From: the human T2T-CHM13v2.0 reference genome, Homo sapiens
NCBI RefSeq assembly: GCF_009914755.1
Contig: NC_060930.1
Length of the DNA stretch: 64,000 nt
Direction: 5' to 3' (one strand)
Part shown: piece after piece, positions 19,386-34,092 of the stretch
Layout: each line of letters starts with the position of its first letter
How positions within the stretch are numbered: position 1 is the first letter of the stretch
Made by a program: the position numbers and the translations under genes
Notes under the pieces: generated by a model
What the model saw: only the letters and a program-made list of their open reading frames with translations
What the model was told of the DNA's origin: nothing
Database searches by the model: none

Positions 19386-20046
19386 AACAAGAGGTTTGAG
19401 TATTGACCCTGGAGCACCCCCATGTTTAGATGTTGAGGAGATAATAAATACCCAGCAAAGGAGACAGTGGAGCAGCTGTAGCTGTAGAAGGAAAACTGTT
19501 TCCTATTGTATGCCAGGCCAGGTTGTGAAGGTCTTTAAAAATTCACAAAAGAACTATTGTGTTGGAAAATGAAACTGTTGTATCTACTGGAGCAGGGTAT
19601 GATGTGATCAATATTATGCCCGAAAAAAAATCTGATTTAATTTGGAGGGCTTTAACAAATGTCTTATCATCAATTCAAATCTGAATTGATGCTTACAACA
19701 GTGGACATGGGTATATGTCTAAGTTTAGACTTTGTGCTTATTTTTTAATTGTGAATTTTTGTCATTTCATTATCTCTAACCTTCAGAAAAAGGGGAGTGT
19801 TCAGTTGACCATTTGCTTTGTTGAAGTAATGCAAATGATAATATCTATGCCAAACAACCAAAAATGTTGGCTTTTTCTACTTTCTGTTATCGTTAGAGTA
19901 CCTATTCTCTATTTATCTACTATGTACATAAGTTCCAGAGCATCATAGTCTTGAGAACCACATGTGAATATTCCTTAAAAACGGGGAGTAAAGTTGAAAG
20001 GCTCATAAAGAATATGCAGAGTCCGGCAGCGTTCATGCAGCTGCTT

Positions 20047-20490
20047 TGCAGTAGTTTGGCTACGGTTCGTTCATTCCCACCAAAGCTCATGTTGAAATTT
20101 GATCCCTAATGTAGCAGTGTTGGAAGGTATGACCTAGCAGAGTGGTGTGAATGAAGAGACTGGATCCCTCATAAATAGATTCATGTCCTCTTGCTCCTTT
20201 CCACTGAGGTGAGTGAGTTCTAGTGGGAATGGATTAGTTGTTGTTAAAAAGAATCTGACTTCCCCAATTTTACTGTCTTGCTTTCTTCCTCACCATGTGA
20301 TCTTTTTGCACACACTAGCTCCCTTTCTGCTGTCCACCATGAGTGGAAGCAGCCTGAGGCCCTGACCAAATCCAGATGCCCAATCTTGAACTTTCCAGCC
20401 ACCAGAACCATGAGCTAAATAAATCTCCTTTCCTTATAAATTATTCAGTTTCAGCTATTCTGTTATGGCAACATAAAACAGACTAAGACA
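20047..20490 (+). mobile_element. MST (MSTB-like) MaLR solo LTR
   Basis: ctcatgttgaaatttgatccc...ttgaactttccagcc...aaacagactaagaca. Confidence 0.85.
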
Positions 20491-23400
20491 AACTCCAACT
20501 TTTAAAAAATCTAAGAATAAACTTTACAAAACGTATATAGAAACTTTATTTAAAAAGTTATTAAACTACTGAGGAACACAAAAACAATGAAATGAAAATG
20601 GAAAACTATCTTGTTTTAAGTAGTTTTATCAGGCAGGATCCTGACAGGAATCAGAAGTCACATTTAAAGAGGTAATTCAAAGGACCAAGTGTGGCCTTAA
20701 TTAGAAAAATCAGGAAAAGGAAGGACCCAGGGTTAGCAAGAATGGGAGCCATCACCTTCCCATAGGTCTGAAGTATCAAGAATAAGAATCAGTTACTCAT
20801 CTGAAGTTGGATTCAATAGCAGGAGGGGGCTGCCCAATGAGGGTTAAGGGATATAGTCACTGTCACATAATGGCCTACAGGAGAGGAAAGGAGGAGACAA
20901 GTAAAGTAGATGTCACTTTTTCCTTGCCCCCTAATGTCCTACCAGCATCTTACATTGCCTACACCCATTTGAAATAGGCTATGCCAATTGATGTGCTTCA
21001 TAAAAGTCAGCCTCCCAGGGAATATAACAAGGTAGAGAAGAAGAGAGATTGGCTCTGGAGAGGCAAATGGGAACTATCCTGCACAAAGACTAATTTTTTT
21101 AAATGTTATAAATTGACCACAAACTGACCTCTAAATGTAATACAAAGTCAATTAAATTCAATGGATATTTTAACTTGGAAAATAAATGATTCTAAAGTAA
21201 ATCTACAATAACAAACACATCATGTGCAGCTTGGATAATTCTAAAATGAGTGAGTAATGAAGCACAAGAGCTATTTAGTCTACAGATATATGCTATTATG
21301 TTGCTATATAATAAAATTAATTTGATGCTAATGGAAAACGAGAATGACTAATTTATTTTTTGACATAGACAGTCCAATGATAAATCCAAGTATATATTGA
21401 AACAATGGCATTTAAATACACGAAAAAATAATTTAAAAAAATCACTACAAAAACGGGATATAATCATGGAGAAAAAGATTTTTATGTTATACTTTATGTA
21501 AAAATAGATTACAGATGGATTTAACATCAAAATATATTAGAAAAATATAAATTTATGAAAAATATATGCTATGATAGGTAAATATCAGGTAATATAAATA
21601 AATTGTACAAAAATCTTGGCATGGGGAAGAAATCACTCTGTGTCTCATTTAACCCAGCCCAGCATCTTGTACTGAGCACCTCTCTGGCTGTATTACATGT
21701 CCTCAGTAATCAGCTAGTTAACAAACATATCAAAATCAGAACACATAAAAGCAAAAAATTGATAGAACTGACCAGAAAAGAAATGTATATTCGTATAGAG
21801 TCAAAATGAACAAAAATGTGGCAAAATGCAAATTAATAAATGCAAAGGAATAATTGCATATATTCGCAATTTCTCATAGAAGCAACCTAGGTCCCCACCA
21901 ATGGTGAATTGGGCAATATATAAAAATGCCTTAGAGATCATTAGAGAAAGGTAAATAACTCAATAAGAAAATTGGCAAAATAAATGAACAAATAACACAA
22001 TGACAGGAAAATATAACTAATGAAAAGGTAAATTTACAAGTTTAACACTATTAGAAATAAAAGAAAAACAAGTTGTCTATACAATGACTTTTTTAGCATG
22101 AGCCTAACATTGATAAAAATTGAAGATTGAAAATTAGTGTCAATCATATGGTAAGCATAGGTGAAGGTAAGGGAAAATCTCTCACATAGTTGGTCAGAAT
22201 GTATAATGTTTAAGTTTCTATCAGGTAATCTGGCAATTTATTCTAATAATTATAATTATAAATGATTCATAAATAATTATAAATAGATATAAAATTATGG
22301 TTATAAACAAAATATTAACCACATATGAGATTAGTGTGGCATTAGACTATCTGTGTAATGTATTTATATACCACAATTAAAGATAAAGTAATAGAAGGAG
22401 ATTTATTTCACAGAAAGCTGTTCATGAAATTTGTCAACTGAAAAAGCAAATGAACAAAACAATATCACTTCAGGTCATAAGGTAAATTAGACACCTTTAT
22501 ATTTTTGATATGAACTGCCTTTTAACTGAATAAACATAGCAGTATTATTTTAAGTGCATTGCTGAAATCCCAAGGATGTCAAGGATTGAAAAAGAAATGC
22601 ATTAAGGTGTAAAGCATGTGGTAAGCACTGCTTGTCAGTGGTGCCTCCTGGAGTTGTGGAATGCCTGCAAGCTGTGGCCATGCACTGTGTCACTGGAGAT
22701 AACTATGGAGTGTGGGCCTCAACTTGGACTAAGACCTTAGCTCTATGTGAGCTAAGATAATTTGATAAATAAAGCTAGTTTAAAATTGTTGTTAAAATGA
22801 AATAGTCTCCAGAATTGTCACTATTAAATATAATTCAGACATTTTTCCCTGGGTCAGACAGGCTTATGCTGTCTCTGTTACTTGTTTTAAGGTCATAAAA
22901 CTGCTGCTTCTGTAATATTGTTCATACTTGCTTGATTTGTCTGTGAGCTACAGTTGTAATGGACCAGATCCTGGGCTCCCCTGAAGCACTGCTCACATCT
23001 TACTATGAGCTTATGCCTTTGCTTTGAACCTCTGGATTCCAGGGGATGGACCAATGGTCATGGCGAGGCCTGAGGACATATGTGTGTCCATAACGCATGG
23101 GCTACCAGCACCAAGTCAGAGCCAAGACCAATATGGCCCTGTCTTCCCTGGCCCAACGTCACCTCCTGGCCAACCTGGGAGGGGTTGGATACTCCAGGAA
23201 TTCGTCTACACAGCTCTGTCTTCTGTCTTGAACTCTAAGCCTAGTGTGTAAATTCAGGGTCCTGGCAAATTCTGCCCTTCACAGCCATCCTGGGTGCCAC
23301 ATGTATACTCAAGACCTAGGATAACTGAGGAAGACATTAGGGAGGGTATCTGTGTCATAGTTTCAAAATTCTTTTCAGTAATTTAAAATCTTAAAGTCAT

Positions 23401-23882
23401 GTTATGTTAAATTAAGTAATAGAAAATCATAAAATCTGTGAGTCATTTCTAAGTTAAAATACTGAAAAATTAATTATTAAATAAAAATTTAAGTTTACAT
23501 ACTTTGGCATGTTGTTTTTGTATGATATAGAAAAGCTAAATATATGTAGATCTGTTAACAAACAAAAACATTGAAAAAACATCTTTCTAAAAAAATTGGT
23601 TTTATCTAAAAATACTGATATAAAACAGTTCAAAATTACTTTCTAGGTTTTTCACTGTTAGGGTTACTAACAGTTACAACTGCAGTTAATATTATAAATG
23701 TCGTTAAAACTACTAGAAAAAAATCTATGTACAGAGTATTAAAAAAGATGTGTTTTTTTACAAAGAAGTTTATAAAAAACACAAGAATGTAGTTTTGTTA
23801 ACAGAAAAGTAATTTTGTCTGTTTTAGAAGTTTTGTGAGTTGTTACTAAATGCAGGAAAAAATATAGAAAAAAACTAAATGG

Positions 23883-24190
23883 GGACGGGCACAGTGGTTC
23901 ACACCTAAAACCAGCACTTTTGGAGGCTGAGGTGGATGGATCACTTGAGGTCAGAAGTTCAAGACCAGCCTGGGTAACATGGCGAAACCCTGTCTCTACT
24001 AAAAATACAAAAATTAGCTAGGTATGGTGGTGGGTGTCTGTAATCCCAGCTACCCTGGAGGCTGAAACAGGAGAATCACTTGAACCGAGGAGGCAGGGGT
24101 TTCAGTGAGCTGAGATTGTACCACTACACTCCAGCCTGGAAGACAAAGTGAGACTCCATCTCCCCCCAAAAAAAAAAAAAAAAAAAAAAA
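23883..24190 (+). mobile_element. AluS
   Basis: Dimeric Alu; TSD aaaactaaat. Confidence 0.92.
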
Positions 24191-24655
24191 GGAAACGAAA
24201 ACTAAATTGCTATAAAAACTTGGGGAAAGAAATAACATAGAATTCATAAGAGGTTACAAGGGGTTTACAGGCTTAAGGGTTTATCTTCTTGTGTGTTCAA
24301 AAGCTGAATGTGATTGGATAGATTTATTTACTAGGTTTATTAACATTAGCTTTTGTATCAATAATACACTAATATAAAACTAAAATTTGATTTTATTCTT
24401 TGAACAAGAATTTCATGAAGTATTAATAATAAAATATTTTTTTACTATTAATAGTAAAATAGTAAAATATTTTTGTTCATTTTTTGAACAACTACAATAA
24501 AAAGAGGAGAGAGAAGGAGAGACAGATTCTGTTTCATCTTGTCTCTATTAGGTCTTTTGATTGGAAAATTGAGCTTTTTCTCTATCAGAAAATAAAAGTT
24601 TTTGCATTTAAAAAATTTAATTATTACTTTGGCTAAGTGAATGGCCTATTTATAG

Positions 24656-27600
24656 TGTAAAAGTTGTCAGAATAAAAATGTAATCACTAATTTTTTTTTA
24701 AATCTTGACAAATAGAGCCAAAAAAAAAAACCCATAAAGAAAAGGTTTTCACACTTGTATGGCTGGTAACATAAAAGACTCCACAAAAACCACAACCTTG
24801 CACAAACATCATCACAATCTTACATGAAAACTACTTCTACCATAACATCTGCCCAGCAACTATCTGTTGCTGGGTTCAATCTTGGACTGACATCACACTT
24901 ATTACTAATATTTGTAGCCAAAGATAATTATTTCAAAATAATTATGTAATCCTCTTCATTTTTTTCTTTAAAAACTTGTGTGTTCCTTTACTTCTCTAAA
25001 TACATGTATGAACCCCAAAAATCTGAGCTAGGTCTCAGTTAATTTAGAAAGCTTATTTTGCCAAGGTTGAGGACATGCACCCATGACACAGCCTCAGGAG
25101 GTCCTGATGACATGTGCCCAAGGTGGTCAGAGAACAGTTTGGTTTTATACATTGTAGGGAGACATGAAATATCAATTAACATATGTAAGATGAACATTGG
25201 TTCAGTCTGGAAAGGCAGGACAACTTGAAGCGGGAAGGGGGATTCCAAGTCACAGGTAGGTAAGAGACAAATGGTTGCATTCTTTTGAGTTTCTGATTAG
25301 CCTCTCCAAAGGAGACAATCAGACATGCGTTTATCTCAGTGAGCAGAGGGGTGACTTTGAATAGAATGGGAGGCAGATTTGCCCTAAGTAGTTCCCAGCT
25401 TGACCTTTCCTTTAGCTTAGTGATTTGGGGGCCCCAAGATATTTTTCTTTCACATTTCCCCCTTTTCTTTTTTAAAATCTTTTGGAGAAAGCATTTTAGA
25501 AGAAAATGAATCTCTTGTCTCAGGTTTCATCTGATCTCTCATGGTTAGGATGGCTTATTCTTAGACAGGTAGGTCCTGAGTTATTAGGAAAGCTCATTTT
25601 TAGAAGGTTGTGAAGTCTCATGTCCTCTGAAGACAGAATAGGGGGAGGAAGAGAGAAAAACAACAAAAAAGAACAATTCTGGAAAATCGATAATAGGACA
25701 CAGTACTCTGAAGTCCATACATCAGCAGGTAGGGATGAATTTGGCTTATGTATGTAAATAGGTTGCTGTTATTTTCTTCTGAAGTTTAAGTTGTCTAGCT
25801 TCAGTTCACAGGGCTTTCTGAAAGCACAACTTAGTTTTCAGTGAATCCAAATTAGGAAAAATGGGGGAAAACCTGAAAGAAAAAATTGAAAACATTATTT
25901 TGAAGACGTATAGCCAAGAAAAATTAGAATTTGGTCCAAACTGTGGAAAATGGTGAAAATTTAAAAACGTTAGGCAAGATTAGAATCTAATACAGGTGTA
26001 CTATAGTTTTGAAACATAATTTTTCCTCTCTCCAGTTTCTCATATTTGCTAAGGACAAATCATGGTAGCACTGATTTGCTTTATTATATTTGGCCTAATT
26101 ATTTATATAAAGTACAGCAAGACTTTTTTTTACATAGGCTTTTAAAATTGGCTTTGATGGAACTTTGTTCCATAGAAGGAATCACAGATGAAACTTTTTT
26201 AAAGCTGAGCCTAGCCATGGATTTGTACCATCAAATATCTATGAGTTGGGTGAGCCTCTCCTCTTGAGGTTCCAAGACAAAACTTTGGGCTCCTAGACCT
26301 GTCAGGAAGCAACATTCTCTACTTACCACAGGTCAGGAACCCTGTTTAGGAACTGTGTAGACAAGTATGAGGCCAATTTTCCCAAGGGGCTTTTATTGGC
26401 TCCATAAGTCAAGTTTGATTCCTTAAAGGAAAGTACACCATTCCAGCCAAAGCCTTGGTAAAATAACCATTTTCTCCAATTGTGTCCTGTTATAAATGAA
26501 AACAGATTCTTATTGCACTTATGCAAGTCACTGTATTGCCATAAGTTAAGAATACTCACAAATAGTTTCCAAATTCTGGAGAAATCAGGTAGAGAAAAAA
26601 CAAAAATGTTCTAAATTTTGTTCATAGGAGTATACTAAATTGCTAAAAGCTGTTAATAACTCAAAAGAAAAGCTTTCTTGATTCTGAAAAAACAAAGGAT
26701 CAGCAACATTTTTAGCAAAAAGTCAAAAAGTTTACTTCAGTCTTCTATTTGTTCAGTCCACATAGTTAATTGCTGTTCTGCTTTATATTCATGAACATTT
26801 CAGCTCTCCATGAGTCCTGAAAGTTTTCCTTCTATTCTGATGTCACAATTTCCAAAGCTATCAGAAACTTGTATTCAAGAACACCTGTTCGAGTTTTACT
26901 GATGATTATAAAACTACATTCTAAGGAGGACCAAAACAAGACAACAATTGTCTGTGGATGAAAAAAGGTTTTAGGGCAGCCATAGACAAAGACACAATTG
27001 ACAAGGAAATTTATTACCTCTGTGTCACACAATAATTTAACATAACAATTATTATTATTACTAATAATATACACTAAGTCATATCAGAATTATAGGAGTT
27101 TCCCATGATTTTGAAACACATACCAATAACATATTTATACAAGTACACCCTAAAGAAAACCAAACATCATTTTATATTTGACAATGCTTCCTGTATAAAG
27201 TTTATACCAAATAAACCAAATTATGTCATATTTTGTACTTTAGGGAACTTAATATCTTAAAGGATTAATAAGGTCAGAAGAAAATTTATAATTTGATTTT
27301 AGAAAGTTTGTCTAATATCAAAGGTTTTAAACACTTGATATCACAAGTCATTGTAAAATAAGTCATTCATTTGACCAAAGTGATAACTCAAGGGTTTCAA
27401 AAAAAGGCAAAAACCTTCATTCTTTGAGAGGAGACTTAATTTTCCAAACAATAATCCCAAATATAAACAGTATGAAGCCAATTAAATTTGTCTTTCAAAA
27501 TTTTATGAACAATCTATCAAATTTTAATCCTTACCATAAGATATAACTTTCATAAGCCTTGTATAAACTTTATAAGCTGTATTGAGAAAACATTTAATGC

Positions 27601-28144
27601 TTAAAGAAAATCTTGTTAATCTGACACAGGGACCCATATGCTGGTTGCATCAATGTGCTATTGACATTAATTATTAATTTATAGAGAAATTGAACTTACT
27701 TTATCTCTCAAAATTGGCTCTTACAATCTCACATGCCCACCTCTTCCATGATAGTCCCTGGGCCTGGAGAAGTTGAATAGTTTTAATTTCTGGCCCTGTG
27801 TCTCAGGAATGCAGTTTATTTTGATTGTCATCTTTTACTGGGTCTGATAACATTATTTTGAGTTTCCGATTTAGCTTCTCCAAAGGAGGCAATCAGATAT
27901 GTGTTTATCTATTTATCTCAGTGAGCAGAGGGGTGACTTTGAATGAAATGGGAGGCAGGTTTGCCCTAAGCAGTTCCCAAGCCTGACTTTTCCCTTCAGC
28001 TTAGTGATTTGGGGACCCTAAGATGTTTTCCTTTCACATCTGCATAGTTTACTATGTCATTCATATTTCCATTACAATGCTTTATTACTAAATAAACTTT
28101 TTTTTTTTACTTTAGAGAGCCTTTCTGTGTTATTTAGGTTGACC
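24656..28144 (+). mobile_element. MER65 solo LTR split by the MER4 insertion (24656-25006 and 28039-28144)
   Basis: Start tgtaaaagttgtcagaat, end tttaggttgac; 4-bp TSD atag. Confidence 0.8.
25007..28038 (-). mobile_element. MER4A-type provirus remnant: 3' LTR 25007-25454, internal part, partial 5' LTR about 27855-28038
   Basis: Two direct copies of ctcagtgagcagaggggtgactttgaat...tttcaca; PPT (tttccccctttt on +) next to the 3' LTR. Confidence 0.88.
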
Positions 28145-29055
28145 ATAGTGACCTGTGATCCCATTTTGATTAAGTGTTTTAAACTTTTGATGTATTTGAC
28201 AGGCTTCTCAAAGTCAAATTTCAAATTCTAAAATTAAGTCTCTTTGTTCTCTAACTTTGGATGTTCCAAAGGACCTCTGAATAATACAAAAGAGAGATAA
28301 TAAACAGGCTTATTTGATGTGTTAAATTAGATGGAAAGCACTGTCAAGAAATGATGTTTGACCTTCTCTGAGTTATTTTTTATGGATACATTATTAAAAT
28401 GTGCTCCAAATTGAGTAAGAGTCTTAAAATTCTGAAATGTCTTATATATTATCCATCATAATTATGGTTTCTATGTCAAATTATTGTAGTCCACAGAAAT
28501 AACTGAATTTTCTTGTCAACTGCATCTTTAACCATGACCATTTCAGATCTCGCTCACAGTTAATTGCTTAATTCTGATGCATTCTCAGAAAGCTCTTTAA
28601 AAGCAAGTAAAATCCTGAAGTATTGTACCTTCAAGCACTCTTGAATACAGGTTTCTAATAATTTTAGGGTGATATTATTTGCACTGTGTAAAATTCCCAG
28701 AACTCTAAGGAATAGCCTGACTGAATTATAAAACTGCTAACTCAAGAAGGACAAGAGTTCATTGAATACCAAGAAAATACTGTGCCAGATATTCATGCTA
28801 AATCAGCCAGCATAGAAATTGCAAAGATACGCAATTTGAATGAACACCATGGTCCAACCAAATTACCTATGATAACCCATTTAATATACATCTGAGTTGG
28901 AAAAGCAAAATTGATATTTAAGAGGATATAAATCAAGTGTTAAGCATGAACTCACAGAAAGCCTGGATGGCTATCTGGTCCTTCCTGAGTCTTTAAAGAT
29001 TCCATTATTTAAAGTTCTGCACTTCATGACTCATCATAGAAGAGATAAAATGATT

Positions 29056-29117
<62 letters not shown>
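29056..29117 (+). repeat. Compound (TC)n(TG)n microsatellite
   Basis: Seen directly. Confidence 0.97.
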
Positions 29118-29118
<1 letters not shown>

Positions 29119-30249
29119 TGACTGTTCTAAATTGCTAAAATGGTTTATTACCAATGTTTGGTTTGTCAAACCCATAACACTGGGAAGACAGTCAAAATTT
29201 TAGGTACATTTCTGCTAACTGGGTAGACCATTTGAACATTTATATAGGAATTTAATTCAATTGCCACTTTTAATGCATGTTTTCTGGTTGTATAAAAGCT
29301 TTCCCATGAAAGAACGTCAATGTTATAACAGTAGATAAAAGGTTGCTAGAAAATGTGTTTCTCTCATGAAGCATTTCTGGAGAAATCTCCAGCAATAGAG
29401 GTACTTGTTTCAGTGGATAAATTATAATACATTTAAATAAGTTATTACAGGTACAGTAGCATTAGGTAAAGCTAACTGAAATGATAATATTGCCTTGGTT
29501 GGAGGTATTGAATATTGGTGGCAATCAGATCCACTTTCAATGTAAAATATAAGTTAACTTTTTGTGAATAGTAACTGGAAGGCTTATGACACTAATGATT
29601 GCACTTCATGTATCTTTCCTTCCTGAATTCTGATATGACTAAATGCTGAAAGGCTTTAATTCATTAAGCCAAAGTGTATTTTCACTAGGTAAAGGAAGCT
29701 TTTCTTGATTCACCAACTGAGGACAATCAAACCCTTTATAATCTAGAAGCCAGATTTCTGAAAATGTCATCAGAGAAAGACTTCCATTGCCACCCACACA
29801 GCAGCAGAAGTTGGGAACCTTGAACCTTGAGTCTGTAATCTCACAACTCAGAAGGGCTCCTTCAGAATCGTGGTGGAATTGTACACCCATTGGAGACCTC
29901 AAGGTAAAGCTAATCAGCAAAGTTTCTCCCCAGAAGCAGATGGCATCCTAGATGTTGACAGCTTCCCCAAGATCACAGATCAAGGCTACTCTGATGTTAT
30001 GAGACTGTTACTTTTCATATTTTTTTTCTTGGCCTGTGCCTCTATGACCAATAGAACTGGGAGGCCTTGTGTGGACCCATGGGGTATACATTCATTTTGT
30101 CAAGGATTTTGCAACCAATCTTATACATGGGCAAACTTATGGCTTGATGGATGGAAGATGAAGAGCCAATGTGGGCTAAAAATGTTAATGGTATCTTTGT
30201 TGCTCAGTAAACCAGTCAGGAATAGAATACTGGCTCACTCCTTTTAACA

Positions 30250-30760
30250 CACATCATAGGTAAAGGGAACATTGCCCAGAGGCCTTCACCCTTCTGGGTG
30301 GGCATCATTTGTTAGGTCTCTTTTTCTATGGTTTGCATTAAATGAGGCAATGATTAGAAAATTTTCCCTCATATTAGGTTCTATAGCAAATTCTACTGCA
30401 AAGGCTATGGTCACACAACATACTTCTTTAAATTCTTTCACTAAAGTTGTGCTAAATAATAGAATTTCTCTAGATTACTGACTGAACAGAGAAGAATCTG
30501 TGCAGTTACTGACACTTCTTGTTGCATATAGATGACTATGCAGAGTATTATAGAGAGTCAGTTGCAGGGATTAACAGACAGGCTGCTTGCTTCTTGGTTA
30601 AAATGATTAGATTCTTCATCTGGTTCATCCTTTGATGTATTTAATTTGAGTTGATATTGTTCTTGGGGAGTCTGGCTAAAGAGTATATTTCAAATTATTG
30701 TATTATCCTCCTGATAGATAGTCATAATAGTTTCCCTGGTATATTGTATTCCCTCAAAAC
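30250..30760 (+). pseudogene. Degraded ERV env transmembrane subunit
   Basis: SLNSFTKVVLNNRISLDY (immunosuppressive-domain-like), then after a frameshift CAVTDTSCC = CX6CC at 30499-30525. Confidence 0.85.
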
Positions 30761-31107
30761 CTTTAAATGTTTACAGGCAGCCATCCGTAGAATGGTGTCT
30801 CTTTGACTGGAATGACAAAAAAAAGTAAAGAAATGTATAATCATGAAGACACCGTAACCGGGGAATGACATGCTGAGACCGGAAACTTGAAATGATCACA
30901 ACTAGAAGTAGCCCCAAGATTTGGACACAGTCTTACCTAGGTGAAACCTGATCAAAAGAGTGGGGAATTGTTACACAAAATTTTAGGAAGCCATTGTTCT
31001 GGATTGAGCTCCTGAACTAGGCCCCTGAACAGACCAGACCAAACCGAAATAGAATCATTCATGCTAAATTGACTTAAGCAAACTGAAACTTTAAAAAAGC
31101 AGAGAGA

Positions 31108-31546
<439 letters not shown>

Positions 31547-31691
31547 TCACATCATACAAAATGCATTCATCTGCTATTTCCCAGTGGAATTTGAGATTAA
31601 ATAAGTTCACTTACCATGGTGACAGAGTGATGTCAATGCCTAAAGTTTTTGTCAATATCTCAAAATTGAGAGGCTGACCAAAAGAGGAGTA

Positions 31692-32104
31692 TGGTTAAAT
31701 TGGATTTAGTCTAAGGCTGCCTCCTTACATATTTAAAGTTTGGCCTAAAGGTTTCTCCATACATAGTGAATAGGTAGTTACACATCCACTAACGGGATGT
31801 GTAAACATACTGTGACCTTTTCTTGTACCAATCACAGAATTTTGGCCAATCGCAGCTGCACAAGTGTTCAAACTGTGGTCAAATAAGGCAATGCCAAGCT
31901 GTAAAAAAATCCAGCTGTTTCTGTACTTCACTTCTGCCCTCTGTATGTCACTTGCCTTCTTCTGTCCAGGAATGTTATCTGACCATGGGGCAGACCTAGA
32001 GTCACTCTGAACCTACTGTGGTTCTGGGGGCTGCCTTATTCTTAAATCATTCTTTGCTCAATTAAACTCTGTTAAATGTAATTTGTCTGAAGATTTTTTT
32101 AACA
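31692..32104 (+). mobile_element. MER57B-like 3' LTR
   Basis: tttagtctaaggctgcctccttacatatttaaagtttggcctaaaggtttctcc; paired CCAAT boxes; ends tttaaca. Confidence 0.82.
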
Positions 32105-34092
32105 AATCATAGGAGTTCTTTTGTTTCCAAAACATTTTAATTGTTAAAAAACAATTTTCAAATATTTAAATGTATGTGAGATTTATTAATTGGGTTAAAG
32201 TCATAATAGGAGAGATAAGCCATTAGACTGAAATCCTGTGTTTCTACATAACAGGGACACCTTCAAATATAATAAAATTAGAGAGAAAAGAATTAGGGGA
32301 AATTGCAGATGAAAAGAATCTGAGTTGAAATACTGTTTATTGCCCCACAACAAAACTTGAATTCATTTACTATTGATCCACTTACAGTAATTGACTCTGA
32401 GGTAAAATAAAATGTATTTAATTTGTTGAGTGGAAATTTAGCAAAATTTCTCTGGAAAAATGGCTTGTGAGAAAGAACACTTTTGATAAGCCTTTTTTTC
32501 TTACGCTGATACCTGTCATTTCTCTTCAAAACCACTCTACACTTGAACAAAGAACGTAAGATCAACTTTAACATGTAACTTATATTCAGTCTCCACGCTA
32601 TCCATCCGACCTTCATTTATAAAAATGGTTCTGCATATTCATACAGCTTCATAAAATGCAAGAGTCAGTGCTGAGAAGGACTTTAGGCTAACACATATAC
32701 TATAGCAACTTTCAAATGGGAAACCAAAAATATAATTTATTTTTATGGCATGACTCAACAGCATTAAACAGCCTGCAGATAAACTGCAAATAAAAAGTAT
32801 ATAAAAGTGTATATCCAACACTTTTTCATCTAAAGCTTTCAAGTAGACTCAATTATGTATAATCAGAATGCATTAATGTTTATTTGACAATACGTATCCA
32901 TGGCCACAAAAGTCATAGTCACTACAAGTGTCTATATCAACATGTAGGAGTTTGCTGAAAAATACCTATGAGAATATAAAGATCTCAAGTATCTGAAAAT
33001 GTTTCTGCTAATAGTGAAAAAAAGCTAAAAGTTCTGGGAAAAAATATAACAAAAAATCCTTTAAATTCATAGCTGAGTTGCAAGAAAATTGGGAATATCT
33101 CCAGCGACAAAAATTGTGGAAGAATTGAAAGCCTCAATAGCAAGCCAATGGGCTGATGCTGTTGATTCCAAAGTGGGAGCTGTTGTTGGTCTTAGTAAGT
33201 GAAGAGATTGGATTTTAATGCCTATACAAGAAAAGGAGACGAGTCCCCTTGCACAATATGGTAATAAAGATTGAGACGTCCACAAACTATGAATTTCTAT
33301 GAATTAACTGGAATTCCAAATTGCAAGTTGATTTTGACATTTCTCTTGAATTGAATAAAGTATAAATCCTCATATTCAGAAATTACAGTGAGTTCCAAGT
33401 GCATTTTTTATATCCTTATAAAATAAAAAAGAAAAAGATCTAAAGCAAGCAAGTTAAAATAACAAGATTTGACAAACCTGGATAGTGAGTACATGAGTGT
33501 TCACTTTTATTATTTTCCATAATTTTTGTAAGCTTTCAATATTTCCTTAAAAGAAAAGCAAAAATATTTGACCTCTAACCTTTTTCTCACTAAACAAAAA
33601 TATATGACACTTTTGCTAAGGCAACGACTCTAGCCATTGTTTGCAGAGGCCACTTTTTGAGAAGTTCAAGTATTTACTGCAATGAATACTTTAATAAAGC
33701 AGCTTCGGGATAGTAACAAGATGAAATATCTCTCACCAATTGTACTTCATTTTGCCCATCACCCTCTAGGAGTCTGAGATTCCCTTTGTAAAAAAGTTAC
33801 AATCTCACAGGGTCATGGTAAAGATTCAACATGAAAAATGTATGTTGTGAACCCTAATGGGCTGTTCTAAAGTCATACTATACAGTGGGCAAGCCACAGA
33901 CTGTGTATCAGACAGCCCAGCTTCCAGTGTCATTTGTGCCACTTAAAAGCACTATGATTTTAGGTAATTCATTTGATCCCACAGTGCCTCAGGTACATAA
34001 CTTTAAAAGAAAGATTAATATAAAATTTTCCTGATGTACATTTTTATGAAAATTTAACAAGATAATATATATAAATAAACACAAAGTCTAGT

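Noticed and set aside
32293-32616. 107-aa minus-strand ORF
   Set aside because: Non-ATG start, AT-driven composition, no recognisable domain
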